Origin: Macrostomum hystrix
Taxonomy: Eukaryota > Animalia > Platyhelminthes
Assembly (NCBI GenBank): GCA_950097015.1
Contig: CATNEN010000003.1
Span: forward strand, 620,001 to 684,000
Length of the DNA: 64,000 nucleotides
Direction of reading: 5' to 3'
Shown: positions 52,853 to 64,000 of the stretch, one piece after another
How the letters are laid out: each line of letters opens with the position of its first letter
Position numbering within the stretch: the first letter of the stretch is position 1
Translations under genes and position numbers: made by a program
The notes under the pieces: model-generated
What the model was told of the DNA's origin: nothing
Databases searched by the model: none
What the model saw: only the letters and a program-made list of their open reading frames with translations

Positions 52853-54237
52853 GGAACCGGACAGAGCCCCTTTCACTGTAGTATCTGTTGTATCTGTCGG
52901 CTACAGTTCAGTCTCGCGATGAGTGATCATTGTCAACTTGTATCAACTCGTCACCAACGCACTCTACTTCGTCACCAACTTATAGCTCGTATAAACTTGT
53001 AACCGAAGCACACATGGCAACAAACGAAAGATAGCGACTCGAAACGAACTTAGAACATAAAGCAACGAACACGTTAGAAATATTCAAGCTCAAGCCTATC
53101 GCTTTTATATTCAAGATTCTGCTATTAAGCACAAAAACTTATTTTTTTCTTCTTTCTGCCTTTGTTATTATTTCGACAGCATCTTTTATTCGAGTATATA
53201 TTCCACCGCATGGTCGGTACAAAAATAATATTCAGCTTGATAAGGTGCATATCCAAGGATAATTATTCAGAAAATTTTTCTAACAAAATCTCTTTTAGTA
53301 AATTCTTTGTTTGCTTTCGTTTTCGTATCAGCTTCAAGTAATTATACCTATCAAAAGTTTTATAATTATAATACGCAAATTACAACAAATATTTATTCCC
53401 AAGCCAAGTTTTGACTAAACTGGCGTTAAATGTTGCTAAAGTTACTTTGGCTACCTTGGAAATTACAAATAAGTACAAGCTAATACGCTAATGATAGTTA
53501 GACTTCAATGTAACTGAACGACTCAACTCAAAGACAAACAGTTGTGTCAAAGAGCTTTTAAGGTACGAAAAAAACGGATCTGATAATGGGCTTCTGACTT
53601 TAGCATAGAAATGCGTAGTATCGTAGTTTTGTACTTTTATTGAGGAAATTGTAAACTTAACTGTATAAACTTTCCTGAAAACATGCATGCAAAACCATCT
53701 GATTTATTGTAAGGTATTGTATTGTAAGGTCACTGTCTGGTAACTCACCGGTGGGTAAGCTTCACCGACTGAAACTATTCCAACGCCATTAAAATCTGGC
53801 AGAAACAATCGATCATCTAGATTTTTCGTTGAAGCCGTCACTCACATTAACTAACAATTAATAACACAAAATCCAACATAAAACTACTGATGTATGTAAT
53901 TGGCACATACAATAGATTGTAATTTATAAGTTCATCGTTAGAATTCGGCACGCTTATGGTCCACCACAAAAGCGTAAAGCCTCACTCACGCTTAGTTACT
54001 CACTGGTTTGTTTCAGTTTTAATTTGTTTCTACTAATAAAAAGTTATCAATCCACTAAACTATGAACATTCGCATAATTAATCGCACAGTTACTGTACGA
54101 CTGAATAGAAAGTACGCACCAGGCAAGCTACCTGCGACTTGGGCTAATCTAAGTCTTCTGGGAATTGCTTCGCTTATTCGGAGCTTAGATAATCAGTCTT
54201 AGACAGTCAGTTAGACAACGGGAAACAACGACACGAT

Positions 54238-55821
54238 GTAGCACGACAATTGCCTGCGCACAACTGACTGCGCGACAACTGACTGCGCGACGACTGCCTG
54301 CGCGACAACTGCCTGCAGCGACAACTGCCTGCACGACAACTGCCTGCAGTGACAACTGCCTGCACGACAACTGCCTGCAGCGACAACTGCCTGCACGACA
54401 ACTGCCTGCAGTGACAACTGCCTGCGCGAAAATTGCCTGCATTTCGTTAATGACGTTTACATGTAGGTGGCAGTGAATTATACCAATTCTCTATAAGTAT
54501 TAAATGGTACTCTATGGCATTGATTTATTGCTGCTTCCTTTTTAAATGTTAAAAACGTACAAAGGCACAAAGGACAGGCGACTAGTGAAACAAGTGAATT
54601 TTTTGTAGTTTATTTACTCGTAAGGAACACATCAACCTCATTACTAACGGTTATGATGGAAAATAGCTAGGATTGGATTGCGTCCTTATTTATTATTAAA
54701 ACTCAGTGCACAATAAATACATTTATAGACACATTTACTACAATGCGCTACTATTATTGATTTTGTTAATTTTAAAGCTATTTCATACATCCTTATTAGA
54801 TTTATGCGTAAGCCAACACAACGTGCAGAATCGTAAAAGCATTTATTTTTCTATGTATATATATATTTAACATAACTGCATAGTAAATCTATACAGTACG
54901 TGCGCATAAAAGACAATACTACTCCCAAAATAATCAATATATTAATTAGGGTATAACGATCGTTCAAAATACTTCAATATGCAACAAAATATTAACCGCA
55001 CAAAAATACTAAATACCACAATAATTCAAACGATTAACAGTCAATCCAACTGCAAATAAAAAAAGTTGTTCGATCGTTCCATTTGTATATGACGCGGTAA
55101 ATTATTCAAAACATTTCGCTTTTGTGCAATTTGTACAATCTTAAAATCAGCACTAAAACAAACCGCCCGCAGTTAGTATGTATTAAAATGGAAATTATAA
55201 TACATGTACCAATGTACACTGAATAATAGTTTGTTCTTAATAATAATAAGGGCAAATTAAAAATTAATTAATTATTTAATTAATTAATAATAATAATTAA
55301 TAATTGTAGCTTTAAAAAAGCTGAAAATTTTACTGCTGCTAAAAAGCATTTACTGGACGAGAATTAAAACTATTTCTGCTCCCCAAAGGAGGCAAACTTG
55401 CTAGTAACTACTAAAAATTCACTTGTTTCACTAATCGCCTGTCCTTTGTGCCTTTGTACATTTTTAACATTTAAAAAGGAAGCAGCAATAAATCAATGCC
55501 ATAAAGTACCATAATACTTATAGAGAATTGGTATAATTCACTGCCACCTACATGTAAACGTCATTAACGAAATGCAGGCAGTTGTCGTGCAGACAGCTGT
55601 CGTGCAGGCAATTGTCGCGCAGGCAGTCGACGCCGCAGGTAGTTGTCACTGCAGGCAGTTGTCGTGCAGGTAGTTGTCGCTGCAGGCAGTTGTCGTGCAG
55701 GCAGTTGTCGCTGCAGGCAGTTGTCGTGCAGGCAGTTGTCGCGCAGGCAGTTGTCGCGCAGGCAGTTGTCGCGCAGGCAGTTGTCGCGCAGGCAGTTGTG
55801 CGCAGGTAATTGTCGTGCTAC
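54238..55821. mobile_element. Foldback/Mutator-like non-autonomous element with ~370-400 bp TIRs
   Basis: Mirror-image arms made of (G/A)CGACAACTGCCTGC subrepeats plus a unique arm (54440-54610 versus 55410-55575); AT-rich core; no TSD found. Confidence 0.85.
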
Positions 55822-56715
55822 CGTTATTAAATAAATCGTAACTTGATCTGTTAAATAATCACATTTCATGCATCCGACTTCAGTCTTAATTCTGTCTTAA
55901 TTCTTTTCCCAGTTAGACTACAACTACTTCAGTAGTACAAATGGCAACCAAGCCCATATATAATTTCATTACAAATCATATTTTCAAAACTGCGCACAAT
56001 AGCACATCTAGAAATAAAAAGCATTAAAACAACTTTTTACCAGAATTCAGACGCACAAACTAGCCTGAAATAGCTCAAAAAGCTAGTCTAGTGCCATTTA
56101 ACAATACTATTATTGCAAATTTCATACCAAAAGCGCCTAAAATAAATTTTTGTCATTTATATTTTAATAAAACTCTCGTCTTATTGTTCGTGTGTCGTAA
56201 AATAAGCTAGGCCGTCTGTACTGGCACCTGTTTTGCATAAGCAAGAGCCAAATAGGAGAACTATAGCTAGCAGCTCTGTCCAAGCTAGAACTACTCTGAA
56301 GCAGAAACTTTTTTGAGACAGACTGTATGTCTCCCTATCCCGCTGCATTTAATTGGAGCCTTATAAGTAAGACTGTTGCGCTCAGAAGTGAACATCATAA
56401 TGGACAATTTGAAAAGCCATTTGAAAGTTATGTTTCAGTCTGACTCATCTCGCTATGTTTGGCAGCTTTGAGTTCGCACCAAATAAGTACCATAACTACT
56501 GGTGGTCCTTAGCTCGGATAATAGTGCGTTGGATTTTCCGTGGAAATTCCGGCCGTCCTTTATTTTCAGGCTCTGGATTTATGAACTCGCTTATTGCAAA
56601 AAATACAATTTAAATGCTGTCTACGCTCGTTGAAAGGCCTAAAGTTTTTGTGATTTCGCAAAAACGCCAGCAATCAGATTATAGCTCGAATTGAGATTAG
56701 ATTAGATTAAAATAT

Positions 56716-59700
56716 ATGCACCCGAGAATTGTGATCCTTTTTTACCTGCTGTTTCCGTGAGTAACTTCAGTAACTTCAGCTCACTCAATTTTGAATTCTT
56801 AGCAGCATTTTTTATTAGGGTTTTTAATCAGCGTTTTTACTACAGAAAATGTGTTTTTTACAGCACTCATGCAGGTGACTACTTTTGCCAAAACGGAGTC
56901 ACGATAGTTGACGAGATCAGTAGCGAGTCTGGATTGTTCTACCACCGTGTAATTCCGCAGCTGGACATGAACTATTCAACAAAAGGACTTACATGCAATT
57001 GGGATTTTTACTTTAAGCTAAATCAGGATTCGGTTATAGTTATCAGCGGATTTAATATCGACAAAGCAGATCTGAGCCTCAAGCGCTATATCAGATCAGC
57101 TGAAGGACAGGCAGGTACAAGGATACCAACGATGAAATACTACTTGGGTCCACCATTTGATGGAGGTGAGCACGGTTTATTTTAATGGGCACGTTCAACT
57201 TATAAACTAGTACTAGCTTTTTTTGCCCGTTGTTTTTGGGGCAGAAATTTAAAGCAAAGCAGTAAGCAATTCACGTCTCTGTATTAACTTTATAGTGAAG
57301 GTCACCATTTATTTATTTACTGCATTAATGAAAAGTGAAGAGTTTGTTTAAGGGCGTTTTAAGTAAAAAATAAGTGAAAAGTTTGTCCAAACAGCCCCCT
57401 CTTGATTACTTCTTTAGAAACATGTCTCTTAGCCTCTATACAGTCAGTGGCAGATCCAGGAGTTTTGTTTTGGGGCGGTCTGTCAGGGGAGCGCCATGAG
57501 AATCACAGAGGGGGTGCCAGCGGCCGAAAAAGGGCGCCAGGAGCCAAGAAAGGGCGCCAGCGGCTGAAAAACGGGAGCCAGCGGCTGAAAAAGGGGCGCC
57601 AGCGGCCGAAAAGGGGCATCTTATTTCCATGATTAAAATTGAGGGGGGCGACTGCCCCCCCGCCCCTCCCCCCTAAATCTGCCTCTGTATACAGTATGCA
57701 TGTACACGCGTATACATAAGGAAAATAGCCACGTGGCATAACAATAACAATGTCAAAGAAACAAAATTAAACTGTTTCAGAGTTCAGAGTTAGACAGGTC
57801 AAGGTCAATTCGTGACTACTTTTCTATTAATTGCTTGCGAGTCACCTCAAGGCCTGGGGATACACCACATTCTTCGTTCTTCCCCTTGGTGCGAAAATGA
57901 ATAGGCCAGCTGGAGTTCCAACACGGGAGCAGGCGACATAAAGCTGCCCATGCGAGAAGCAAGGAGTCTCCAGGTTGATGCCAGCCACCTTCAGCGACTG
58001 TCCCTGAGCCTTGTTAATAGTCATCGCAAAGCACACTCTCACAGGGAACTGCAGTCGCTTGAACTGAAATGGCAGGTCCGTGGGGATAATTGGAATCCGG
58101 GGAATGAACACAGACTCTCCTCTGCCAGATCCAGTCATTATCGTGGCCTCAATCACGTGTGGGAAGAGCCGCCTGACTATCAGTCGGGTGCCGTTACACA
58201 GCCTTGGCGCATTCAGGTTGCGGAGGAGCATAATTGGTGCCCCAACTTTCAGCTGCAAGTTGTGCGATGGAGTTGCAGGAGGATCTAGAGAGTTCAGAAA
58301 CTCAACAGGATACTCCACAGCGGTGTCATCAGTCAACGTTGTATCAATTGACTTGTAGGTGAAAACTGCACCTGGCAACTCCTGAAGCAGTTGGTAGTTA
58401 ATTTCGTTGGCGGCATCATTTCTAGGACACAGAATTGCCCTCTCTGACAGCCAGTCAACGTCAGCATATCGAACCATCAGGTTCGGGTAAACTTTTGCCT
58501 TGAGCTCCTGCACTGACTGCACAATGGTTCCGATTGTAGCGATCGATGACTGCCCATCCTCGGTGCTAATCTCCAGCAGACCATTGCCGATTCGCAATAG
58601 ATTGGCAGAGAACTCATGAGCTGTTTCGTCTCCTTGAATTGTAGCTCTCATGTTTGTTCGTAGGTGCAACTTCACAACCGATGGCCACAGGTGAGATGAT
58701 TTTAGGCAAGCATTAATCTCATCAGCAGGAGTGCCACGCGGAATCACAGGCAGCGTCTGTCTAAAGTCTCCAGACAGCAGCAGAGTGACACCACCCATCA
58801 GTTGATCGCCAGCCTCTCTCTTTCTTCTATCCCAGGCTGGCTGGAGAGAAATATAGACCGGAGAGCCCTGCGCACTGGGACGCCACCGCACTCACCGCAC
58901 TCAGTCTCAGTGCTGCTTGGGGGCCAGTAGACAGTCTAGGGGTTTGGGCTGTGTACATTCACGTCTTAAAATACAATGTACAGTCTGGGGCTTCGGCGCC
59001 CGGGGAAGGGAGGGGGTGGCTGTAATAAAATTTGGCCCGCAGAGTGGCGGAGGGGAGTTGGGGTGGCTGTCCTCGGAAAACAAAAAGTGACTCACTTTGA
59101 GATGATGCAGCTTTGCTCTGGATTGAGTAGAGATGTTCAAAATTGACAGCATTGTTGGAAAACATGTAAAGTGTAAGTGGATCAAATTTGGAGAAAATCT
59201 GACAAAGTGGGGCGACGATATGTCGAATTGAGTGATTTTTTGACGATTTTTGAGCAGTTTTTTGCACTTTTGAGCAGGAAGGAAATGATTTTTCGGGAAT
59301 TTGAGTAGCCTATTGCACTCAGCGTAGGTGGTTTTAGGTATGTGCAAAGTTTGGTGCGATTTGGTTGAGCGGTTTCGGCGTCTATAAAGACAAAAGGTTG
59401 CACACACACAGACAGACACACACACACACAGACAGAGTTTTCACTTTTATATATATAGATAGTAGTGTTTTATTTGCCGATTGAACTCTATCCGGCCAAA
59501 TTTCATTTACAGACGCATGCAATCCAGTCGAAAGCCGCAAGTGGGAGTCGATAGAGCTGGAAACATTCCGCATTATGCCTCTTAAAAAAAGGTCAGCTAT
59601 CAACAGTGAAAGTGGATCATTTTCCGTCACCTTATAAATCGAGAACAATTCATAAGTATAGCATGAGAGAAACCATCAATTGCAGAAGTCATCTTTCGAT

Positions 59701-61611
59701 TACGTTCCAAATAGTCGAAGGAGACGAATATGACCCCAGGACAGCCGGGCTTGCCATGCAAGTGATGATTCAGGGACAGTGCAGCAGCGAGATTGTGAAC
59801 TTTAATCGCAACTGTTACACCAGCATCCAAGCAAAGAGGTCTCTAGAAAAAGAGCTGGCAGTGCTGAACAACGGAAGCAGATTTGCACAGCTGGCCAGCT
59901 TTAGCAGTGCCAGTGAGCTGCAGAACTTCGTTGAGCAAAGTATGTTTGCTTCAAACTACAAATAAAACATTTTTATCATAATTAGATTGAGTGCGTTTCA
60001 AATTTTGCGGTTATCTTCCGCTTTTAGGCCAGAAGAAAACAGTTGGAGCTGGTCTAGACACTCGCAGCCAACTCCTAATGAACTTGACTCATCCGTTGCG
60101 TATAGGACTGTTCTTTGACAACAATCCAAAAAAGATCTACTACCTGAGCAAAACAGAAAGTGTTTGCAAAATCAAAGAATTTCCGGACGCCGAAAGACTG
60201 TAAGTCTAACTAATGAAAAAATAATTGAGTGTTAGTCAAATTGAGTTCGAAAACTAGATAATTTAAGCTAGATGGAATGAACGCACGGAAAAAATAAAGC
60301 TACTTTGGCATCACTCCTACCTTCAAATATATGTTAAAGTGCCATTCGCAAGAACATCCAGGTACTATACAGCTAAAGTCTAAACGCAGCTAGAGAACTC
60401 TGAGTCTGAGTTCTTAGGACAGTGGAATCAGAATGTAAAAAATCGGCCAAATTGAACCATAAGCACTCTTACCTTACAGTTGCTGACATTTACTCGTACG
60501 AGGCGTTTGTGATATAGAGAAAAGGTAAATAACAATAATCTCAAACCCAGCTAACACTAGCGCACCCTTTCCCAATTTCGAGTTGGCCTGTGAGACAATT
60601 GCTAGAGCTGCAATATCAAACATCCCCTATTATGGTCAGAACATGCCCAAAGTCTCAAGTCGAAGTAGAGAACGAAATTCATATTCTTTTTGGTGCGATT
60701 ATTTGTTTTTATTATGGATGAAATGAAACAGAAAAGCACAGACAAGAACCGAAGAAATTCTTTCTGTCTATTCTTTCTATTCTGTATATTTTAAGTTGTC
60801 TCAATCGAACGAAGTCTGTCCTGAGACTTTTAATTTTTAATCCCTGTCTTCAACGCTTGGGTTTCAATATTCTGAATTTTAATACTCAGCTTTGGAATTA
60901 ACTCTTGATCTTTCGCCATTTTGCAAACCAACTTTATGAATACTTTTGGAGCAAAAACTTTTATTAAAACAAAAAAACCAGCAGTCGGTGCGTACTAATT
61001 AATTACAAGAGTTCTTATGCTGCCTACCCTATCACAACTGCAGTCTGCACACTGTCCGGCCATCGTCGAACAATACAGTCACCTGTGGCTCCGTTAGAAT
61101 TCGACATAGTGCCCACGTGTCCGTCCCTGTTGTGGAATTCGGAGACTGCAATGAGCCGCTGCCAACGATGATCAGCTTCCGGGACACCGCGAACAAAGAT
61201 CAGTGCAACAACTGCAGTCATGACCTGCTGAGCTGGCTGAAACTAACCTCGAGTTCAAAGTCGTTGCAAAAGAAGGTCCAAGACACAGATCCAACGCAAC
61301 AAGTCAATAACATTCCGATCTTGCTCATTGTATTAATCGTCTTGATATCTCTGGGCCTAGCTTTATTGTTCTTCATTGCCATCTGCATCCTCAAAAGAAC
61401 GAAAAATTGTCAGGATGCACGTAGAACCGATATAGGGAATGAATTGCCACTTACCACAGCCAATGCCAGCACCACCAGCGCCAGCATCACAGATGATGAA
61501 AATTCTTCAAATCAGTGTGGCGCACGGGCGTCGGGCGTCGTTGAAGTGAACTCCGGACATCTAGTAGTGCACAAGCCTTTAATGGATCAACGGATGCCTT
61601 TGCTCAATTGA
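56716..61611 (+). CDS. Receptor gene D: paralog of A (signal peptide, possible CUB-like region, CTLD-like domain, TM); exons 56716-56756, 56864-57165, 59513-59939, 60028-60199, 61044-61611; apparent frameshift at the A7 run 59584-59590
   Basis: Spliced N-terminus MHPRIVILFYLLFPTHAG-DYFC; CSSEIVNFNRNCYT...AQLASFSSASELQNF; TCGSVRI..VEFGDCNEPLPTMISF; TM IPILLIVLIVLISLGLALLFFIAICIL-KR. Confidence 0.7.
57445..57687. mobile_element. hAT-like MITE nested in the Helitron
   Basis: TIR CAG(T/A)GGCAGAT; perfect 8-bp TSD TATACAGT. Confidence 0.85.
57842..58810 (-). pseudogene. Helitron PIF1-family helicase, C-terminal portion only
   Basis: GDFRQTLPV, NMRA, LLRNLNAPRLCNGTRL, FAMTINKAQGQSL, FSHGQLYVACSRV; Walker A/B and Rep domain absent. 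Confidence 0.9.
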
Positions 61612-62559
61612 TCTAATGCCTTTAATCAAGTAGTTAAACTTGATTAGGCAAAAGTTTAATATTCTTGGCATAAACGTGTTACTTTATTTAGTATTTTAAG
61701 GACTGTATAGTTTAGTAGGGGTTGAAAATTTTCTAGACAGATATCCAATACTGATACAGCAATAGCAGGTGTAGATATCTTTACTTGTTGACAATAATGT
61801 TAAGGTTGGACTTAAACACGTTTTGTAATAGGGCTTAAGTTTATACGCTGCGCAACTTCACTGTCTATTCACAAAATTATGTTGTTTATTTAGACAGAAA
61901 ACTGACGGACAGACAAGTCTAAACATCTTTTAACTACGAACTTTTAACTTGTAACTATTCTAACCTTTTATTACGAATACTAAATTGATAGAGTCTTTAT
62001 ATTACTTTGCACGAGCCGTCACAATGGCACTGCATGGTTCACAATTTACTGAAATTGATGAACCTCTTGGGATAAAAGCCGTGCGCGATTAGGCAACATG
62101 ATTTATGATCGACAGAACAAAATTAAGTATTGAGGGAGGTGGGTGTGCGATCTAAACAGAAGGATCAGAAAATATATTACTATATGTGCGCAACGGAGAG
62201 GGGTGGGATGGATTGACGTAAAAATGTCCAGGGTGAGTCATCGAGAAGAGAAGTATAATTATCCAAAAAATATTATTAAATATTATTAAAAATATATAAA
62301 AATATATAAATATATTAAACATTTTTTAATATTATTATTAACCCCCTAAAGTCGCCGATACATCATTTCGCTATACCACATATTTCTCAATCAAGAGCTT
62401 GATCTGCCTTTGATGATAACGAAGCTACCGGTGCTATCGAACTATACAGCAGCTACAGCTTATATTGTGCCCCTGGATGCCATAACAATTCAACAAAAAT
62501 ACTCGTACTCAGTACGAAAAATACGACAGTTTGTCGTCAAAAGGCATATGTTTCAAGGC

Positions 62560-63700
62560 CTGGGCGCGCACATCGGCAAGGCCTCCGGCAGTGTCCGGGG
62601 CGCCAGCGTCGGCTAACAGGCAGTCGAGTTCGTGCCTGCCCCCGCCGAAGTGGCGGCCTGTAGCGTTATAGCAACAGCACCTCCTGCGCAGGCTGGGGGC
62701 AGTACTCCTCGTCCCGGATCAGGTGGTCCGCCAGCTGTAGTCGCAGTAGGTTGCTTAGGTGGGTCAGGCCGGCGCGGCGATAAAGTGCCGCATTGGTGAT
62801 GTGCGCATCAAGGCCGATTTTAAAGGCAGCACGCAGCATGCCGGCGTGCGCTGCATCGACTTGACACTCCAGCGCCTCCGTCAGGGTCCATGTCTCGGCG
62901 TTGTAAAGCACGATGGTTTCGACCACCGCGTGGAACAGCGCCGCCTTTTGGCGGTCAGGTAGGGCCGCAGACTACACGATAACCCTCACAGAACGAATAG
63001 CTGCCCAGGCAAGCTCGGGGCGGCGCCGCAGATCGTCGCGGACGTCCGGCACCAGACCGTAGGTGACCGTAGTTCACCAGAGGTAGGTGAACTGCAGACT
63101 GCGCGGGATCAGTTCCGTCACCTGCCCGTCAGCGCTTGGCAGAAAATAATGACCTCGGTGTCACCCGGCACGCAGAGTACTGCGGTCTCTTGCGTGTTGA
63201 CCACGATGGGGCCGGAACGGGCTGTAACCGCGATAGCAGCATCCGGTTTAAGCAGCTTCGCTGAGCAGGACTGCAGGTAGATAACTCGGTGCTCTTCCAG
63301 CCATGCATGTGGTGCCCAGCTTTTCAGGAATGGCGATGATGTGCGCCATGGTCCACTACTTGTGTGCCGCCTCACCGACAAGCATACGTGCGATTCCGGA
63401 CGACCTCGTTGCCACGCAGTGGATCGAGCCGCAGCGCTTCGATGGGCACCTCATCCGGACCCAGCGCTTTGCCGCCCGATGACTTTTGGGCTAGCAGCAT
63501 TTTCTTTAATGACCGGTGCCATGCTAAAACTCTCTGTCGACGGTAACGGCGTCTTCGGCGGCAGTCTCATGTTCTCGGCAAGCGGGGATGGCGGTGCGTT
63601 GACAGCGGCGGCGAAGAACTCGCGCAGTTTGTTGCTGTGCTCCTCCGGAGAGTCGCCAGCCAAATTCAGGTGGCTTGAAAGCGCCATTTAAACAGCATGG
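62560..63700 (-). mobile_element. Decayed non-LTR retrotransposon (RTE-like) fragments
   Basis: VETIVLYNAETWTLT...LRAAF post-RT motif, preceded by frameshifted F.YLG-like and linker segments; GC-rich. Confidence 0.7.
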
Positions 63701-64000
63701 CTGCCATGATTCGAAATCAATAGGATACACGCGACTCCTATTTATAGTCGCAGGCATTTCTATAATGTAACTGTCACATTACTAGCTGCATGCATTTCTT
63801 TGTGGGCCGAGTGCAGGCAGCGGTAGTCCCATGGACCATCTGCTCGGGCAGGTTTATTACGACATGCATAATATCCTGATTTAATTCTAGGAGTAGTTTA
63901 ATTTAATTTAATTTAACTCGTCGGACCACAACGTCTCGCCAGACGCCGAGATCCTTTAGAACATACAAAAAGCGCAGTATGTTTGTAGATCTTTTGTGAA

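Larger units (their letters stand above)
57213..59459 (-). mobile_element. Internally deleted Helitron in gene D intron 2
   Basis: 5' end A|TCTATATATATAAAAG at 59459; 3' hairpin plus CTAG|T at ~57213; carries a PIF1 helicase C-terminal region. Confidence 0.85.

Noticed and set aside
54185-55869. Short RQLS/QAVV repeat ORFs
   Set aside because: Translations of foldback TIR subrepeats
57842-58891. Cellular PIF1 helicase gene
   Set aside because: N-terminal motifs are missing and it lies between Helitron termini inside an intron

Overview
Eukaryotic (metazoan) genomic DNA with GT-AG introns, GC-rich exons and very dense minisatellites and transposons. The style suggests a free-living flatworm such as Macrostomum (inference only). 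Left half (1-32 kb): an orphan exon, a minisatellite-rich block, and two divergently oriented housekeeping genes, a 3-exon F-actin capping protein beta (CAPZB, minus) and a GOLPH3/Vps74 with an intronless CDS (plus). They are separated by a CpG-depleted nest of DNA transposons, including a 7.1-kb TIR element with a NOF-FB/Mutator-type transposase. Right half (34.7-61.6 kb): a same-strand cluster of single-pass type I membrane receptor genes that the ORF track shows only in fragments. Two paralogs have a C-type-lectin-like ectodomain (A and D). They flank two intact-looking paralogs (B and C) and one decayed paralog with a discoidin-like N-terminus, Ig-like domains and tyrosine-motif cytoplasmic tails. 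The tail of C is expanded into six 30-aa repeats, each carrying an EY(M/I)N motif. This cluster is the best candidate for an undescribed immune or allorecognition receptor locus. All domain calls are by-eye motif recognition; no searches were run.
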